Positions 44,865 through 60,659 of a stretch of DNA of 64,000 nucleotides are shown in pieces. Each line of letters starts with the position of its first letter. Positions within the stretch are counted from its first letter, which is position 1. The notes under the pieces are model-generated. The model saw only the letters and a program-made list of their open reading frames with translations. It was not told the origin of the DNA and did not search any database. Both the position numbers and the translations under genes were made by a program. This stretch comes from Eledone cirrhosa (lineage: Eukaryota), in contig OZ024757.1 of the NCBI GenBank assembly GCA_964016885.1, positions 18,290,001-18,354,000 on the forward strand, in the 5' to 3' direction.

Positions 44865-45012
44865 TTAAAGAGAGCCGCTAATTACAGGTGTGAAATCTTC
44901 AATTGAGTCTCTACATGGGATCACACCTGGATTATATTGCAGCTACACAGAATAGACGGAAGTAAATGATATCTGTATAATATATATGTATATATGTATA
45001 TGTGTGTGTGTG

Positions 45013-45043
<31 letters not shown>

Positions 45044-45062
45044 ATATACATTATATATATGC

Positions 45063-45094
<32 letters not shown>

Positions 45095-45450
45095 GGGGGG
45101 GGATATATTAAAGGCAAAAATCTATGTAACATATATATTTGTATGTATATATATGTGTATATATGTATGTATATATATACATATATATAAATACATATAT
45201 ATTTATATATATATATGTATAAATATATATGTATATATATGTGTATATATGTATGTATATATATGTGTATATATGTATGTATATATATATACATGTATAT
45301 AAATACATATATATTTATGTATATATATATACATGTATATAAATACATATATATTTATATAGATATAGATATATATGTATATATATATATATATATGTAT
45401 ATATTATGTGTATATATGTATGTATATATATATACAGATATATACATATT

Positions 45451-45484
<34 letters not shown>

Positions 45485-45738
45485 CAAAGATATATATATA
45501 TATATATACATATGGTGGTGATGGTGTTTGTGTGATGATGATGATGATGATTAATACAGTCGCAACAACGCTATTTATATCCATCATCAATACATATCTA
45601 ATACAACAACAACAACAACAACAACAGTAACAACAACAACAACAACAGTAACAACGTTAATAACCGCCATTATTAATATTATTGTCATTATTATGTTTAT
45701 TATTAATTTGGCTTTAATTATTGCCCAATACAATACTG

Positions 45739-46673
45739 GTTAATATGTGTGTATACACAGATATACACATATTAACATGTTAATATGTGTGTACACAGAT
45801 ATACACATATTAACATGTTAATATGTGTGTATATCTGTGTACACATATATTAACATGTTAATATGTGTGTACACAGAGATACACACATATTAACATGTTA
45901 ATATGTGTGTATATCTGTGTACACACATATTAACATGTGTGTATATCTGTGTACACACATATTAACATGTGTGTATATCTGTGTACACACATATTAACAT
46001 GTTAATGTGTGTACACAGATATACACATATTAACATGTTAATATGTGTGTACACAGATATACACATATTAACATGTTAATATGTGTGTATACATAGATAT
46101 ACACACATATTAACATGTTAATATGTGTGTATACACAGATATACACATATTAACATATTAATATGTGTGTATATCTGTGTACACACATATTAATATGTGT
46201 GTATATACAGATATACACACATATTAACATGTTAATATGTGTGTACACAGATATACACATATTAACATGTTAATATGTGTGTACACAGATATACACATAT
46301 TAACATGTTAATATGTGTGTATATCTGTGTACACACATATTAACATGTTAAGATGTGTGTACACAGATATACACACATATTAACATGTCAATATGTGTGT
46401 ACACAGATATACACATATTAACATGTTAATATGTGTATATCTGTGTACACACATATTAACATGTTAAGATGTGTATATCTATGTATACACACATATTAAC
46501 ATGTTAATATATGTATATCTGTGTATACACACATATTAGCATGTTAATATGTGTGTACACCGATATACACACATATTAACATGTTAATATGTGTGTACAC
46601 AGATATACATACATATTAATATGTTAATATGTGTGTATAAGCATATACACGCATATTAACATGTTAATATGTG
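45739..46673. repeat. Palindromic-node minisatellite with orientation-flipping spacers (~24 units, 38-40 bp)
   Basis: Perfect palindrome CATATTAACATGTTAATATG alternates with TGTGTACACAGATATACA or its reverse complement. Confidence 0.92.
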
Positions 46674-46833
46674 TCTACTCACATATACAAACATATTAAC
46701 ACACTCATCCACATACACACACAGGCGCACACACACAGAAACACACTCTCACATATGTGTATACATATAAACATGTATATGAAAATAAATATATATACAT
46801 ATGGGTCGCGCGCGCGTGTGTGTGCATAATTGA

Positions 46834-46885
<52 letters not shown>

Positions 46886-46996
46886 TATACATATGAATAT
46901 AAACATATGTGAGTATGTGGTGTGTGTAGGTCTGTCTGTCTGCCTATGTGTATAGGTATGTGTCGAAAGGAATGTATATGTATATATGTATCTGTA

Positions 46997-47048
<52 letters not shown>

Positions 47049-47345
47049 CATATACGTGCGTGTGACCAATTGAGTGTATATATATTATTGTATTCGTGTA
47101 GCAGTGGTTTTGTTGTTCTGTCGTGAGGTGTTGTTTTGGCGGGATTTGTAAGGAATCTGTGAGAAAGTTTCAAAGGAGGTGGAAGAATGGTAAAATGGAA
47201 TTAATAGATCTGATGGTGGGAGAGGATTAATGCTTAATTATAGAGGAACGTATCAAGAATTTCATTGGTATTTTAAACGGTACAATTCCCAGGCATGACA
47301 TAGAACTGTCGACATCTTCGTATAATTATCTCTACAACAACAATC

Positions 47346-47382
<37 letters not shown>

Positions 47383-47384
47383 AT

Positions 47385-47415
<31 letters not shown>

Positions 47416-47459
47416 TAATATATATATGTATATATATATATTTATATGTATATATATAT

Positions 47460-47490
<31 letters not shown>

Positions 47491-47549
47491 TATATATATT
47501 ATATATGTATATATATATTATATATATATATATATATAATATATATATA

Positions 47550-47581
<32 letters not shown>

Positions 47582-47753
47582 ATAATATATATGTATATAT
47601 ATATATAATATATATGTATATATATATATAATATATATGTATATATATATATAATATATATGTATATATATATATAATATATATGTATATATATATGTAT
47701 ATATATATGTATATATATATGTATATATATATATAATATATATGTATATATAT

Positions 47754-47847
<94 letters not shown>

Positions 47848-47951
47848 TTATATATATATAATATATATATATAATATATATATATAATATATATATATAA
47901 TATATATATATAATATATATATATAATATATATATGTATATATATATATGT

Positions 47952-47989
<38 letters not shown>

Positions 47990-48184
47990 ATAAAAGGACA
48001 ATTTGTTATGTCTTCATTACGTTTATTGTTTCGTGACGCGCGTTTCGCTGTTGATCAGCTCAAGGTTCGATCTATATCTGGATCAAAATATATATATATT
48101 GACAGTCGATCGACTTTCGTCAAATTGGACCGTCTTTCTCTTTCTTCATATATTTCTCTTTCTTCATATATTTCTCTTTCTATC

Positions 48185-48217
48185 TTCTGATGAAGGACTA
48201 ACGTCCGAAATGTAAAA
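48185..48217 (+). ncRNA. Minimal hammerhead motif
   Basis: tt-CTGATGA-a-ggac taac gtcc-GAAA-tg-TA-aa; degenerate relative on minus strand at ~25685-25716. Confidence 0.6.
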
Positions 48218-48254
48218 ACTATTTTCCTACTAGATCAAATGTTAAGCTCACATA

Positions 48255-49050
48255 TTGTACTGTATCGGAAGATCCTAGGTATTAAATGAAGCAGCATGGC
48301 CCCTGATACTGAAGTTTTAGAAAGATTGGGGTTCTCTAAAATTAGGTCCCCTGCCATTAAGACTCAGATGCTCTGTGTAGAGCATCTTGTTGGCCTGAAG
48401 ACTTCCAAAGGAAATATTTTATTGTTAGCTTGTGCAAGGGAAAATCCACAGCATTGGCCTAAGAGAAGGTACAAAGACTGTATTAAACAAAATGTAAAAT
48501 ATCAGGGTTTAGATATAAATGAATGTAAAAAGCAACCTGTTGATTGTAATACATGGAGAAAGGCAATTAAATTAGGGTGTCAACTGAGGAAACACAGAAA
48601 GCAAAAACAGGGCGAAAGCATGCGCACAAAAAGGTTGACTTGGTAGCTCTTGAAGTTGTTGATTATTGGAATGGAAATATTTGTCGCCGTGTTCCTCTCT
48701 CTAAAGGCAGTTTTTTAAACCATATGAGGACATACAATGACAGATAGATTATGTTACAAATCTCTAGTTATGACTACTTGTCAAATTTGTAGCAAGATAT
48801 GTATGACAACATTCGAGTTAAAACGCCACATGAAGGTTTATCAACAGGATAGTTCACATCCTGATCCAGTAAAGCCAGTACAAACACTGACATACATCTG
48901 TTAGTTGTGTCAAAGACCTTGTAAGTCAGTTGCTGGCTGAAAAGTCATCTCCGTACACATGGGAGTGTGTGAACTTAATGGAGGCATTCAGATGATATCC
49001 AGACAGCAATCATCTGTCAAGATGAAGTGATCATCATTCTGTATGTATGT
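48255..49050 (+). mobile_element. RTE-clade LINE 3' region with multiple C2H2 zinc fingers (decayed)
   Basis: DTEVLER...KRRYKDCIK...DCNTWRKAI, followed by CQICSKIC..FELKRHMK and LCQRPCKSVAG/KSHLRTH; (TATG)n tail. Confidence 0.7.
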
Positions 49051-49840
49051 ATGAATATATTTTCTCCGAAATAGCTGACGGAAGGCACTCGTGGATTTTC
49101 AGTTGCTTCCTCTTATAATTCCCTAACATTTTATTTCATCATTTATTTATCGTTCTATCTCCTGACGAAGTACTATTGTCCTCATACAAATACTATACCA
49201 ACAGAGATATTTATTTTTCCACTGTTACGAGGACGTCTATCTTACGTGGTACTTTTAGTTAAATCGTCGAAACCACAGGCGATCTAAAAGCTGATGCGAG
49301 TATTTAAATATTTTGGTCATCTTCTTTCGTTCATGTTATTCCCTTTTCTCCTTTCTTGATCTCACATCTGCAGAGACCAACACACTTCTAGTCGCTGATT
49401 TCTGTCCATGGGGGTAAATTTCACCTGACGACTTCATTGACAGCATTTTGCTGTTTTAACAGCTTCCTTGCGGTGAATTCTAACCATTATTCTAAGAAAT
49501 CCAATACACTCGCGTTTCAAACTCGATCTTCGTGATAACTATATATATATATAGAGATTTGTGTTCACAGTCGCGGGCATGTTCAGAGAGAACCAACGAA
49601 CTATGATTTCCACGGTATAGTGAGGGTTCACAGGCAAGAGAGATCGATAGTTGTCGTCAGTGTGTGAGTGAGTGCGAGTCTCTAGCTGGATTAAAAAGCC
49701 ATATCCGAGAATCACCCATCTGAATCTGACAAGCGATTGCAATACTCTTAGCAGAGGTTGCAACCATCGTATATATATATATATGTGTGTGTATGTGTGT
49801 GTGTCTGTGTGTGTCTGTGTGTGTGTATATATATATACAG

Positions 49841-49899
<59 letters not shown>

Positions 49900-50054
49900 G
49901 TGTGTGTATATATATAAATATATATATATGTATATGTTTGTATATATATAAATATATATATGTATATATGTTTGTATATATATATGTATATATGTTTCTA
50001 TATACATATATATATATATATTTATATATATATATACATATATATATATTTATA

Positions 50055-50085
<31 letters not shown>

Positions 50086-50294
50086 TTATATATATATATA
50101 CACATATACATATATATATTTATATATATACATACATATATATATATATTTATATACATACATATATATATATATTTATATATATACATATATATATATA
50201 TATTTATATATATACATACATATATATATTTTTTTTTATATATATACATACACATATATATATTTATATATATACATACATTTATATATATATT

Positions 50295-50327
<33 letters not shown>

Positions 50328-50457
50328 TTATATATATACATACATATATATATATATATTTATATATATACATACATATATATATATATATTTATATATA
50401 TACATACATATATATATTATATTTATATATATATACATACATACATATATATATATT

Positions 50458-50513
<56 letters not shown>

Positions 50514-50533
50514 CATACATATATATATATATT

Positions 50534-50609
<76 letters not shown>

Positions 50610-50640
50610 CATACATATATATATATATATATTTATATAT

Positions 50641-50978
<338 letters not shown>

Positions 50979-51023
50979 CATACATATATATATATATATA
51001 TATACATACATATATATATATAT

Positions 51024-51062
<39 letters not shown>

Positions 51063-51081
51063 CATATATATATATATATAT

Positions 51082-51128
<47 letters not shown>

Positions 51129-51129
51129 C

Positions 51130-51162
<33 letters not shown>

Positions 51163-51463
51163 CATACATACTTATATATATATATACAAAGATATTTACA
51201 GGACATTCATGTATATTAAATAAAAGCGAAAAAATTAATGGGAAAAGTACAGCACTTTATAAAAGCAGTAGGAAAGTAAAAATAGAAAAGACCCGAAAAT
51301 AAGAAGATTTACCTGCTTAGCAGACGACACCTAATAATGGTAGATTTTATTGGGGTTTCTTAGACTTTAACACGAGGAATTACTTCGATTTGTGTTGGAA
51401 CTGTCGATGAAAAAAATATATTATACACACACACTTATATATATATATGTATACACATATACA

Positions 51464-51509
<46 letters not shown>

Positions 51510-51553
51510 CATATATACATGTGTGTGTATATATATGTATATACATATATACA

Positions 51554-51593
<40 letters not shown>

Positions 51594-51653
51594 CATATAC
51601 ACATATATATATACATATACACATATATATATATATGTATATACATATATACA

Positions 51654-51709
<56 letters not shown>

Positions 51710-51748
51710 CACATATATATATATATGTATATGTATATACACATATAC

Positions 51749-51819
<71 letters not shown>

Positions 51820-51911
51820 CAGGAGAAGAAAGAAGAATACTGCGTAGTTTGCACATGGGTTACATATGATAAAAATAGTCGTTCGTCAGTGATTTGTGTG
51901 TATATATATTC

Positions 51912-51944
<33 letters not shown>

Positions 51945-52294
51945 ATATATATATCACTACATATATATTATACAAAGACGACCTTATATCTATCTATTTA
52001 TTTTTCTATCCTCTCGACCTTCAATCGTGATTATATAGAGAATGTTATATATATATATATATATGTGTGTGTCTATATATATGAATATATGTGGGTAAAA
52101 ATACACGAAAAAAGAGGAAATATATATATACATATATGCTCTCACATACACACATATATGTATGTATTTATATATAAAATATATATATATTTAAATATTA
52201 GACAGGAACAGAGAAGCAGTAGAAATGGTAGGTTATTAGGTTCCCGCTTTTGAGAGTGGTGGGTATATGCTTATATTATACATGTAAATATATG

Positions 52295-52347
<53 letters not shown>

Positions 52348-53004
52348 TTATGTATGTATCAATATGCATTATAAACGAATTATATATATATATCTATTTA
52401 TATATGTATATAATCATAAAATGTATATATATCATAGAATATATACGTTATTATTATTATATATGTAATTAAAAACATACATGGATACATACATATATAC
52501 ATACATACATATATACATGCATATATATATATATACACACATGCATGGAAAGATATATATATATATATACATGCATACATACACACATACATACATACTT
52601 ACATACGTAAATATATACATACATGCATATATATAATATATATATATATACATAAATACATACATGCATACATATATACGTACATACATACACACATACA
52701 TACATACACACATATACACACAAACACACACACACAAACACACACACACACAAACACACATGACACAATATATGTATATTTTTAATGACATTTTTACAGA
52801 AGAGGATGTTATAAGGAGAATATGTCATATTAAAATGTCTGAGATGATTACACTCCCTAATTAGGGCAGTAATTATGAATATATAATTAGACATACAATC
52901 TACATTGGAAATTTCCCCCAGTAATATATGTGTGTGTTTGTGTGTGTGCGTAATATATATATATATATATATAATATATATATGTATTTGTATATATATA
53001 TATT

Positions 53005-53057
<53 letters not shown>

Positions 53058-53565
53058 GTATATATATTATATATATATATATATACGTATATATATTATA
53101 TAGATATACATATATATATATTTGTATATATATATATATATATACGTATATATATTATATATATATATTTGTATATATATATACGTATATATATTATATA
53201 TATATATTTGTATATATATATACGTATATATATTATATATATATACGTATATATATATATATATATATAGACGTGTATATGTATGTATATATATATATAT
53301 ATATATATACGTATATATATATATACATATATATATATACGTATATATATATATATATATATATACGTCTATATATATGTATATATATATATACGTATAT
53401 ATACGTATATATATATGTAAATATATATATATACTTATATATATGTATATATATATATATACGTATATATATAATATATATTATATATATATATATAATA
53501 TGTATATAATATATATATATGTGTATGCGTGCGTGTGTATATATTAAAAATATATATATATAAAT

Positions 53566-53600
<35 letters not shown>

Positions 53601-53603
53601 AAT

Positions 53604-53636
<33 letters not shown>

Positions 53637-53659
53637 AATATATATATATATACATAAAT

Positions 53660-53752
<93 letters not shown>

Positions 53753-54229
53753 AATATATATATATATAAATATATATACATATATAAATATATATATATA
53801 TATTTGTACGTATTTATCTATGTATATGTGTATGTACATGTGTGTATGTACATATGGATATGTGTAAAGAACATATGTGTAAGTATGCGTGTGCGTGTAT
53901 ATTTGTGTAGTACATCTGTGTATATGTACATATATGTGTATATATTTATGAATGTATGTACATATTGGAGCAAATAGATATCTATGTATGCATATATGTA
54001 TGTAATGTACGTAAGTATTTGTGTATGTGTGCGTACATGTGTATGTATGTATCTTTATACGTATGAATGTACGTATGTCCATATGTATATATACGTTTGG
54101 TTATACGTATATATACATGTACATGATCTCTATGCATTGGTTTTATATATATATATATATATACATATAGATCTGTGTGTGTGAATGTACGTATGTATTT
54201 ATGTATGTAAACTTGTATGAATATATTTT

Positions 54230-54315
<86 letters not shown>

Positions 54316-54428
54316 TATTTGTTTATATATGTAGTTGTGTGTGTCTGTGTGTGTGTGTATGTATATAAATATCTATGTTAGTATTTATATGTGTAAGTAT
54401 CTATGTATGTGTGTGAATAATTATATAA

Positions 54429-54460
<32 letters not shown>

Positions 54461-54657
54461 ATACATTTATATATATATATATATATATATTTATACAAAT
54501 GCATACATATATATTTATACAAATATATACATATATATTTATACATATATATACATATGTATATACGTATATATATAGAGAGAGAGATAAATATATATAT
54601 ATATATACATTTATATACATATATATATATATATTTATATATGCTTATATATATATA

Positions 54658-54720
<63 letters not shown>

Positions 54721-54819
54721 GTATATATATATACATATAAATATATATATATATATATTTATATGTATATATATATACATATATATGCTTTTATATATAT
54801 ATATATATACATGTATATG

Positions 54820-54869
<50 letters not shown>

Positions 54870-54873
54870 TATG

Positions 54874-54913
<40 letters not shown>

Positions 54914-54917
54914 TATG

Positions 54918-54957
<40 letters not shown>

Positions 54958-54961
54958 TATG

Positions 54962-55003
<42 letters not shown>

Positions 55004-55007
55004 TATG

Positions 55008-55059
<52 letters not shown>

Positions 55060-55065
55060 TATGCT

Positions 55066-55097
<32 letters not shown>

Positions 55098-55135
55098 TAC
55101 ATATACATATATATGCTTATATATATCATATTATA

Positions 55136-55174
<39 letters not shown>

Positions 55175-55182
55175 CATATATT

Positions 55183-55234
<52 letters not shown>

Positions 55235-55267
55235 TGAATATATATATATATATGTGCATATATTTAT

Positions 55268-55311
<44 letters not shown>

Positions 55312-55519
55312 GAATATGTATATGTATATGTAATATATATGTATATATATATATGTATATATATGTAATATATATGTATATATATGTAATATATATGTAT
55401 ATATATATGTATATATATGTATATATATATGTATATATATGTAATATATATGTATATATATATGTATATATATGTAATATATATGTAATATATATGTATA
55501 TATGTATATATATATATGT

Positions 55520-55552
<33 letters not shown>

Positions 55553-55928
55553 GCATGTATGCATACATACATGTGTGTGTGTGTTAGTGTTTGACTGTGT
55601 ACATATATCTCGTGTTGTATACCTATTTGTGCGCGTGTATCGATGACAATCAAATACCTGCTTAACCTCTCTTTTTAATATCGATTAAACGTTAGTAAGG
55701 TGAGGATTCTATTGTTTTATTGATCGATATTCGATAAATTCTTCTAGAAATTCACGCCAAAAATCATTTTCGATATGTGACCTGAGTTCGTACGACAACA
55801 GCACAATAGAATGAAATTCTCACTTGTATAGGTGGCTCCCTCTTGGAATGTCACACGAAAGGTATCATGGTTGAAGCTGTAATACCTGTATACCTGGGTG
55901 TATAGAGAAGCAGATGTACATATATTGA

Positions 55929-55980
<52 letters not shown>

Positions 55981-56071
55981 CATATATGCATAAATATATA
56001 TATACACACAAATATATATATATGTGTGTGTGTATATATATATATTTATATATATTTATTCATATATATAA

Positions 56072-56169
<98 letters not shown>

Positions 56170-56209
56170 CTACATAAATCAGTATATACACACACACACA
56201 TATATATAG

Positions 56210-56240
<31 letters not shown>

Positions 56241-56269
56241 CATATCTACATAAATCTATATATTTATAG

Positions 56270-56338
<69 letters not shown>

Positions 56339-56715
56339 GAGAGATGTAATGCATTCGATGTTTTCATTAGGTTTATTGAGTAGTAACGCGCGTTTCGCTA
56401 TTGAGCTGCTCAAGTTTCGGTCTGTATCGATCTGTATCGATGTATATATATGTGTGTGTGTATGTATTGTAAGGAATTGCTGCTCGAAGACTGAGATCTT
56501 GCCGGTTCGACGGTGTATGGATGACAGCCAATTATCCACTCACATTAAAAACAATAACAGAAAGCCTCGCTAAAAAGTACATAATTTTAATCCATTTCCT
56601 ACGATGGATGATCTGCATAACGTCGAGTGCTTCTATTTTATTGCAATCACCTTCTACTAACCCGAATCACCAGTTCCACCTATTGGTAAACAATGTAACA
56701 TAAATGGTATAATGT

Positions 56716-56792
<77 letters not shown>

Positions 56793-56797
<5 letters not shown>

Positions 56798-57000
56798 AAA
56801 ATGTTTAACCCCGACGGCAGAGCTCAATCTGTTTCGACGGCTATTTCTGTACTCCTTAATTTGTCCAGAAACAGACGTCGAAACGGCTTGAGCTCTGCCG
56901 TCGGGGTTAAACATTTTCCTATTACCCACTCTACTACCCTAAGTATTAAGTGCTCTGGTGCGTTATGGTCCACCTGGTTCCTTACCTCACCTCCTTCGTT
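56793..57000 (+). mobile_element. Fold-back element, family B, full structure
   Basis: Inverted arm, loop, forward arm and tail ending ccttcgtt(ata)n. Confidence 0.88.
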
Positions 57001-57144
57001 ATATATATATATATATATATGAAAAACCACAAACCCTCCATCTCAATTCTACTTTTGAAAAGCATAAGAACTCCTTATCTTGGTTCATGTTTGACAAGAT
57101 AAAAATTGTTTATTTCCAAACCAAGCTTTGTGAGACCCCTTCTT

Positions 57145-57609
57145 TTCTGACTATCTTCAGGGCGGTATTCCTGCCAAGCCTTGCCTATGGTCATGAATCT
57201 TAGGTAATGACCGAAAGAATACAATCGCGAATACTAGCTGCCGAAATGGGGTTCCTCTAAAGGGTCTTTGGAGTAACGTTACTTGATAGAGTGCATAGCT
57301 CGGAGATCAGAGAGTCACTCCAGGTAGAGCCGCTACTTCTCCAAAGTGAGAGAACACAGCTCTGGTACTATTGTATGTGGTTAGAATGTCTCAGGAAAGA
57401 GTCGCTGGAGAGATTTTACAGGCAAAACCAACTGGCAAGAGACCCAGTGGTAGACCCGAAGCAATGGTTGGATAACATCCATGAGCTTGGCTTGTCTCGG
57501 TTCGGGATCCAGCCGGATCAGTCGAAGGTGGTTGCTTCTCACAGGACCTGCTGGACGGAGTGTTTGAGGACTCTGCTCCCACGACCCTCTTAAGAATACG
57601 TGGAAGAAG
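57145..57609 (+). mobile_element. RTE-clade LINE 3' fragment (same family as 31185)
   Basis: Near-identical DNA to 31185-31620, including the in-frame ctcTAAagg stop. Confidence 0.85.
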
Positions 57610-57654
57610 CTATTGTTTTATTAACAATGTTTCGACAACATAAGGAACGGACCT

Positions 57655-57820
57655 CCGTCGGTTTCGGCGATGAGTATTCCAGTTGTCTGATCAACGGTTC
57701 AGCTTCCACATGAAATGAACGTGTGACTGACTGAACATTCCACAAACACGTGTACCCATAACGTAATTTTCAAAGAAATTAGTGTGACACAGTGTAGGAC
57801 AAGACTGCCACATTGAATTA
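57655..57820 (+). mobile_element. SINE central-domain fragment (cephalopod Nin/Deu-like, recalled from memory)
   Basis: ttccagttg.ctgatcaacgg...tgaaatgaacgtg...ctgaacattccacaaacacgtgtaccc.taacgta resembles a known octopus SINE body. Confidence 0.5.
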
Positions 57821-58479
57821 AATGGGCTTCTAATCAGTTTCCGTCTACTCATTTACAGCATAAGGTAAATGACACCAAGAGGTGAGGTTTTATCTGTCAC
57901 CTGATAATAATCAACTGAACTCTTTAAACATTCGGCCACGTGGGGGTATATCATGTGACATCATGTGGTATCACGTGATATCACCACCGTTTCCTGAGAG
58001 TTCCATTGAGTCTAGAATATCTGGCAGAATTCTTCAGTATTTTAGAAACTCTCAAAGGCATTCGCTAAAAAAAGTTCAGTATGTCATGTTTCCTGCGAGA
58101 AATATTGGTAAAATTAAGGGGTTAAGAGGGGGTAGAGGAGTAGAAGGAGCTAGGATGGTAGAGGAGTAGAAGGAGCTAGGATGGTGTAAGAGGGGGTGGC
58201 TGTGGAGGGAGGCGTAGTTGTTTCTGTTTTTCTTTCTATGCTACTCTACGTAAAGTTCGCTATCATACTGCAGGTGTGACCTGCCCATCTCAAGGTATCA
58301 TGTGAGGTGTGAGAGGCGAGCGCCGCTTCTCAGAATGGCACAAGAAAAGAAAACATATACATATAAAGATCAAAACATCCCCCAATAAAACACACGAAAA
58401 GACACTCCCCAGTTTGTAGTTTAGCCACAGGAAAGATATCAACAACAACAACAATATTAGCAATAAATCACGAAATAGC

Positions 58480-58528
<49 letters not shown>

Positions 58529-58790
58529 GCAGACCTTATCTGATTCGAAAGTTTTATCAAAGATAGTTAGATGCATACATTTTATTTATTTATTTTAAAA
58601 TATCGAGGCAAAGATATTGTCAGAAAAAATAACACAAATATAAGTTGAACTTTTAAAATATTTCCAAGATAAAAAGATAAAACGAGAAGAGAAACTACAA
58701 GAAAAACAACAAACACACTAGCAACAACAAAAGACTAACAACAACAAAATAAACAGCAACAAAACGGTTCTGTAACACTAGGGAGTTTCA

Positions 58791-58839
<49 letters not shown>

Positions 58840-59214
58840 CACTGTTTATTGTAGTCATTAGTTAAAAATACAAATTTTAATTGTTTGTTCAGATTTCTGT
58901 TTTTGAAAGTTTCAAAATACTATTCGAGAGAAAGAAAATAAAAAACGTATAAAGCAAACAACTATTTTAGTAAAAACAAGATGGTGGTTGTTTCTGAATA
59001 TTTGTGACCGGAAGCAGTATTGCTAACATCTGCCATTTTATAAAGGAACTGAATATTCTGTTTATGTTCTTGTGATAGGGTTGGTATAGGATGTATGTGA
59101 GTATATCTTTCATTCTAAATAAAGAGTTGTCTTTTCTTCCCCCCCCCCCATGTGTATAAATACAAAATCACATTAGTACCTGGTTATATAGATATATGTG
59201 TGTGTGTCTGTGTG

Positions 59215-59429
59215 AAGGCGCGTGACTGAGTGGTTAGAGAATTTATTCACAATCGTGAGATTGTAATTTCAATTCCAAGACCGGGCGATGCGTTATGCTC
59301 TTGAGCAAGACACTTTATTTCACTTTGCTCCTTCTGCCTGGAGTTGCGACCTACATGTTTCCGTGGTCTGATGTGACGAGCTCCACTCGTTAAGAGAATG
59401 AGGTATGAGATCTTGTCGATCGACCATCG

Positions 59430-59430
<1 letters not shown>
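59215..59430 (+). mobile_element. tRNA-derived SINE (OK-like)
   Basis: gaaggcgcgtgactgagtggttag (A-box), ttcaattcc (B-box), cttgagcaagacactttatttcac body. Confidence 0.6.
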
Positions 59431-59468
<38 letters not shown>

Positions 59469-59492
59469 TATCTTATATATATATATTAATAT

Positions 59493-59534
<42 letters not shown>

Positions 59535-59597
59535 ATATTAATTTAACAATGAAAATAATAGCAACAAAGTCAAGTTATTTTACTTATTCATATCATT

Positions 59598-59727
59598 GTT
59601 TTTTTACGATCGTTTCGTAGGGTTGATCATATTGACATATTGACTGATCTGTAGCAGTTATATAATTGTATACTTCATAATTTTATACTTCATACATACG
59701 TTCGATCATACCGTCTTCTTCGGAAAC
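59598..59727 (-). ncRNA. Putative hammerhead with long stem II insertion
   Basis: ttt-CCGAAGA...tac-GAAA-cgatcg-TA-aaa; stem II pairing is imperfect. Confidence 0.4.
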
Positions 59728-59895
59728 AATGAAGTTAGAATCTTTATTGTTAGTATATAAACAGGGTAGATAGAAGAATAGACATACCATACACATATTT
59801 ATAGTCCAGACTGCTTCCTTAGATTGATGTTGACAGTGGGAGGAGAATAGTCAAACACTATGTACAAATGTCATTAGAGGTGGGTAAGTGGATGG

Positions 59896-59923
<28 letters not shown>

Positions 59924-59926
<3 letters not shown>

Positions 59927-60126
59927 GGACAAGTAAGACCCCGACGGCAGAGCTCAAGCCGTTTCGACGGCTAATTCTGGACTGAATTAGCCAGAATTAG
60001 CCGTCGAAACGGCTTGAGCTCTGCCGTCGGCGTCTTACTTGTTCCTATTACCCACTCTACTACCTTAAGTATTGAGTACTTTGGTGCGTTATGGTCCATC
60101 TGGTTCCTTACCACATTTCCTTCGTT
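59924..60126 (+). mobile_element. Fold-back element, family B, full structure
   Basis: Same architecture as 56793 with a different loop; (TA)n flanks. Confidence 0.88.
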
Positions 60127-60659
60127 ATATATATATATATGTGCGTGTAAGTGTGTATGTGTACATATATGTGAATGTGTATGTATATATGTCTGTATAT
60201 ATGTGGGTGTAGGGGGTGAATGTCACAATTTCAAATGATCGTTTTATTGTTAATGAAGACTTGGTAAAACAGTGAAATATTACGTGTGTGGAGTATTTGT
60301 GTGTATGTGTAAATGGGGTATGTGTGTGAGTGGAGAGTGTGTGTGAGTGGTGTGTGTTAGTGTGTGTGTGTGGAGTTTGTTAGTGTGTAGGTGGTGTGTG
60401 TTAGTTTAGTTTGTTAGTGTGTAGGTGGAGTGTGTTAGTGTGTAGGTGGTGTGTGAGTGGAGTTTGTTAGTGTGTAAGTGGAGTGTGTGAGTGGAGTGTG
60501 TGTGTGAGTGGAGTTTGTTAGTGTGTGAATGGAGTTTGTGTAAGTGAAGTAAAGTGAGAGATAGAGGGAGAGATAAAGACAGAGAGACTGATAGAGAGGC
60601 AGACAGGTAGATAAAGAGTGAAAGAGAGAGAGGGGGAGTTGTAGAGTGAGAGAGAGAGC

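Noticed and set aside
45739-46673. CRISPR array
   Set aside because: The spacers are one sequence in two orientations; no cas genes; eukaryotic context.
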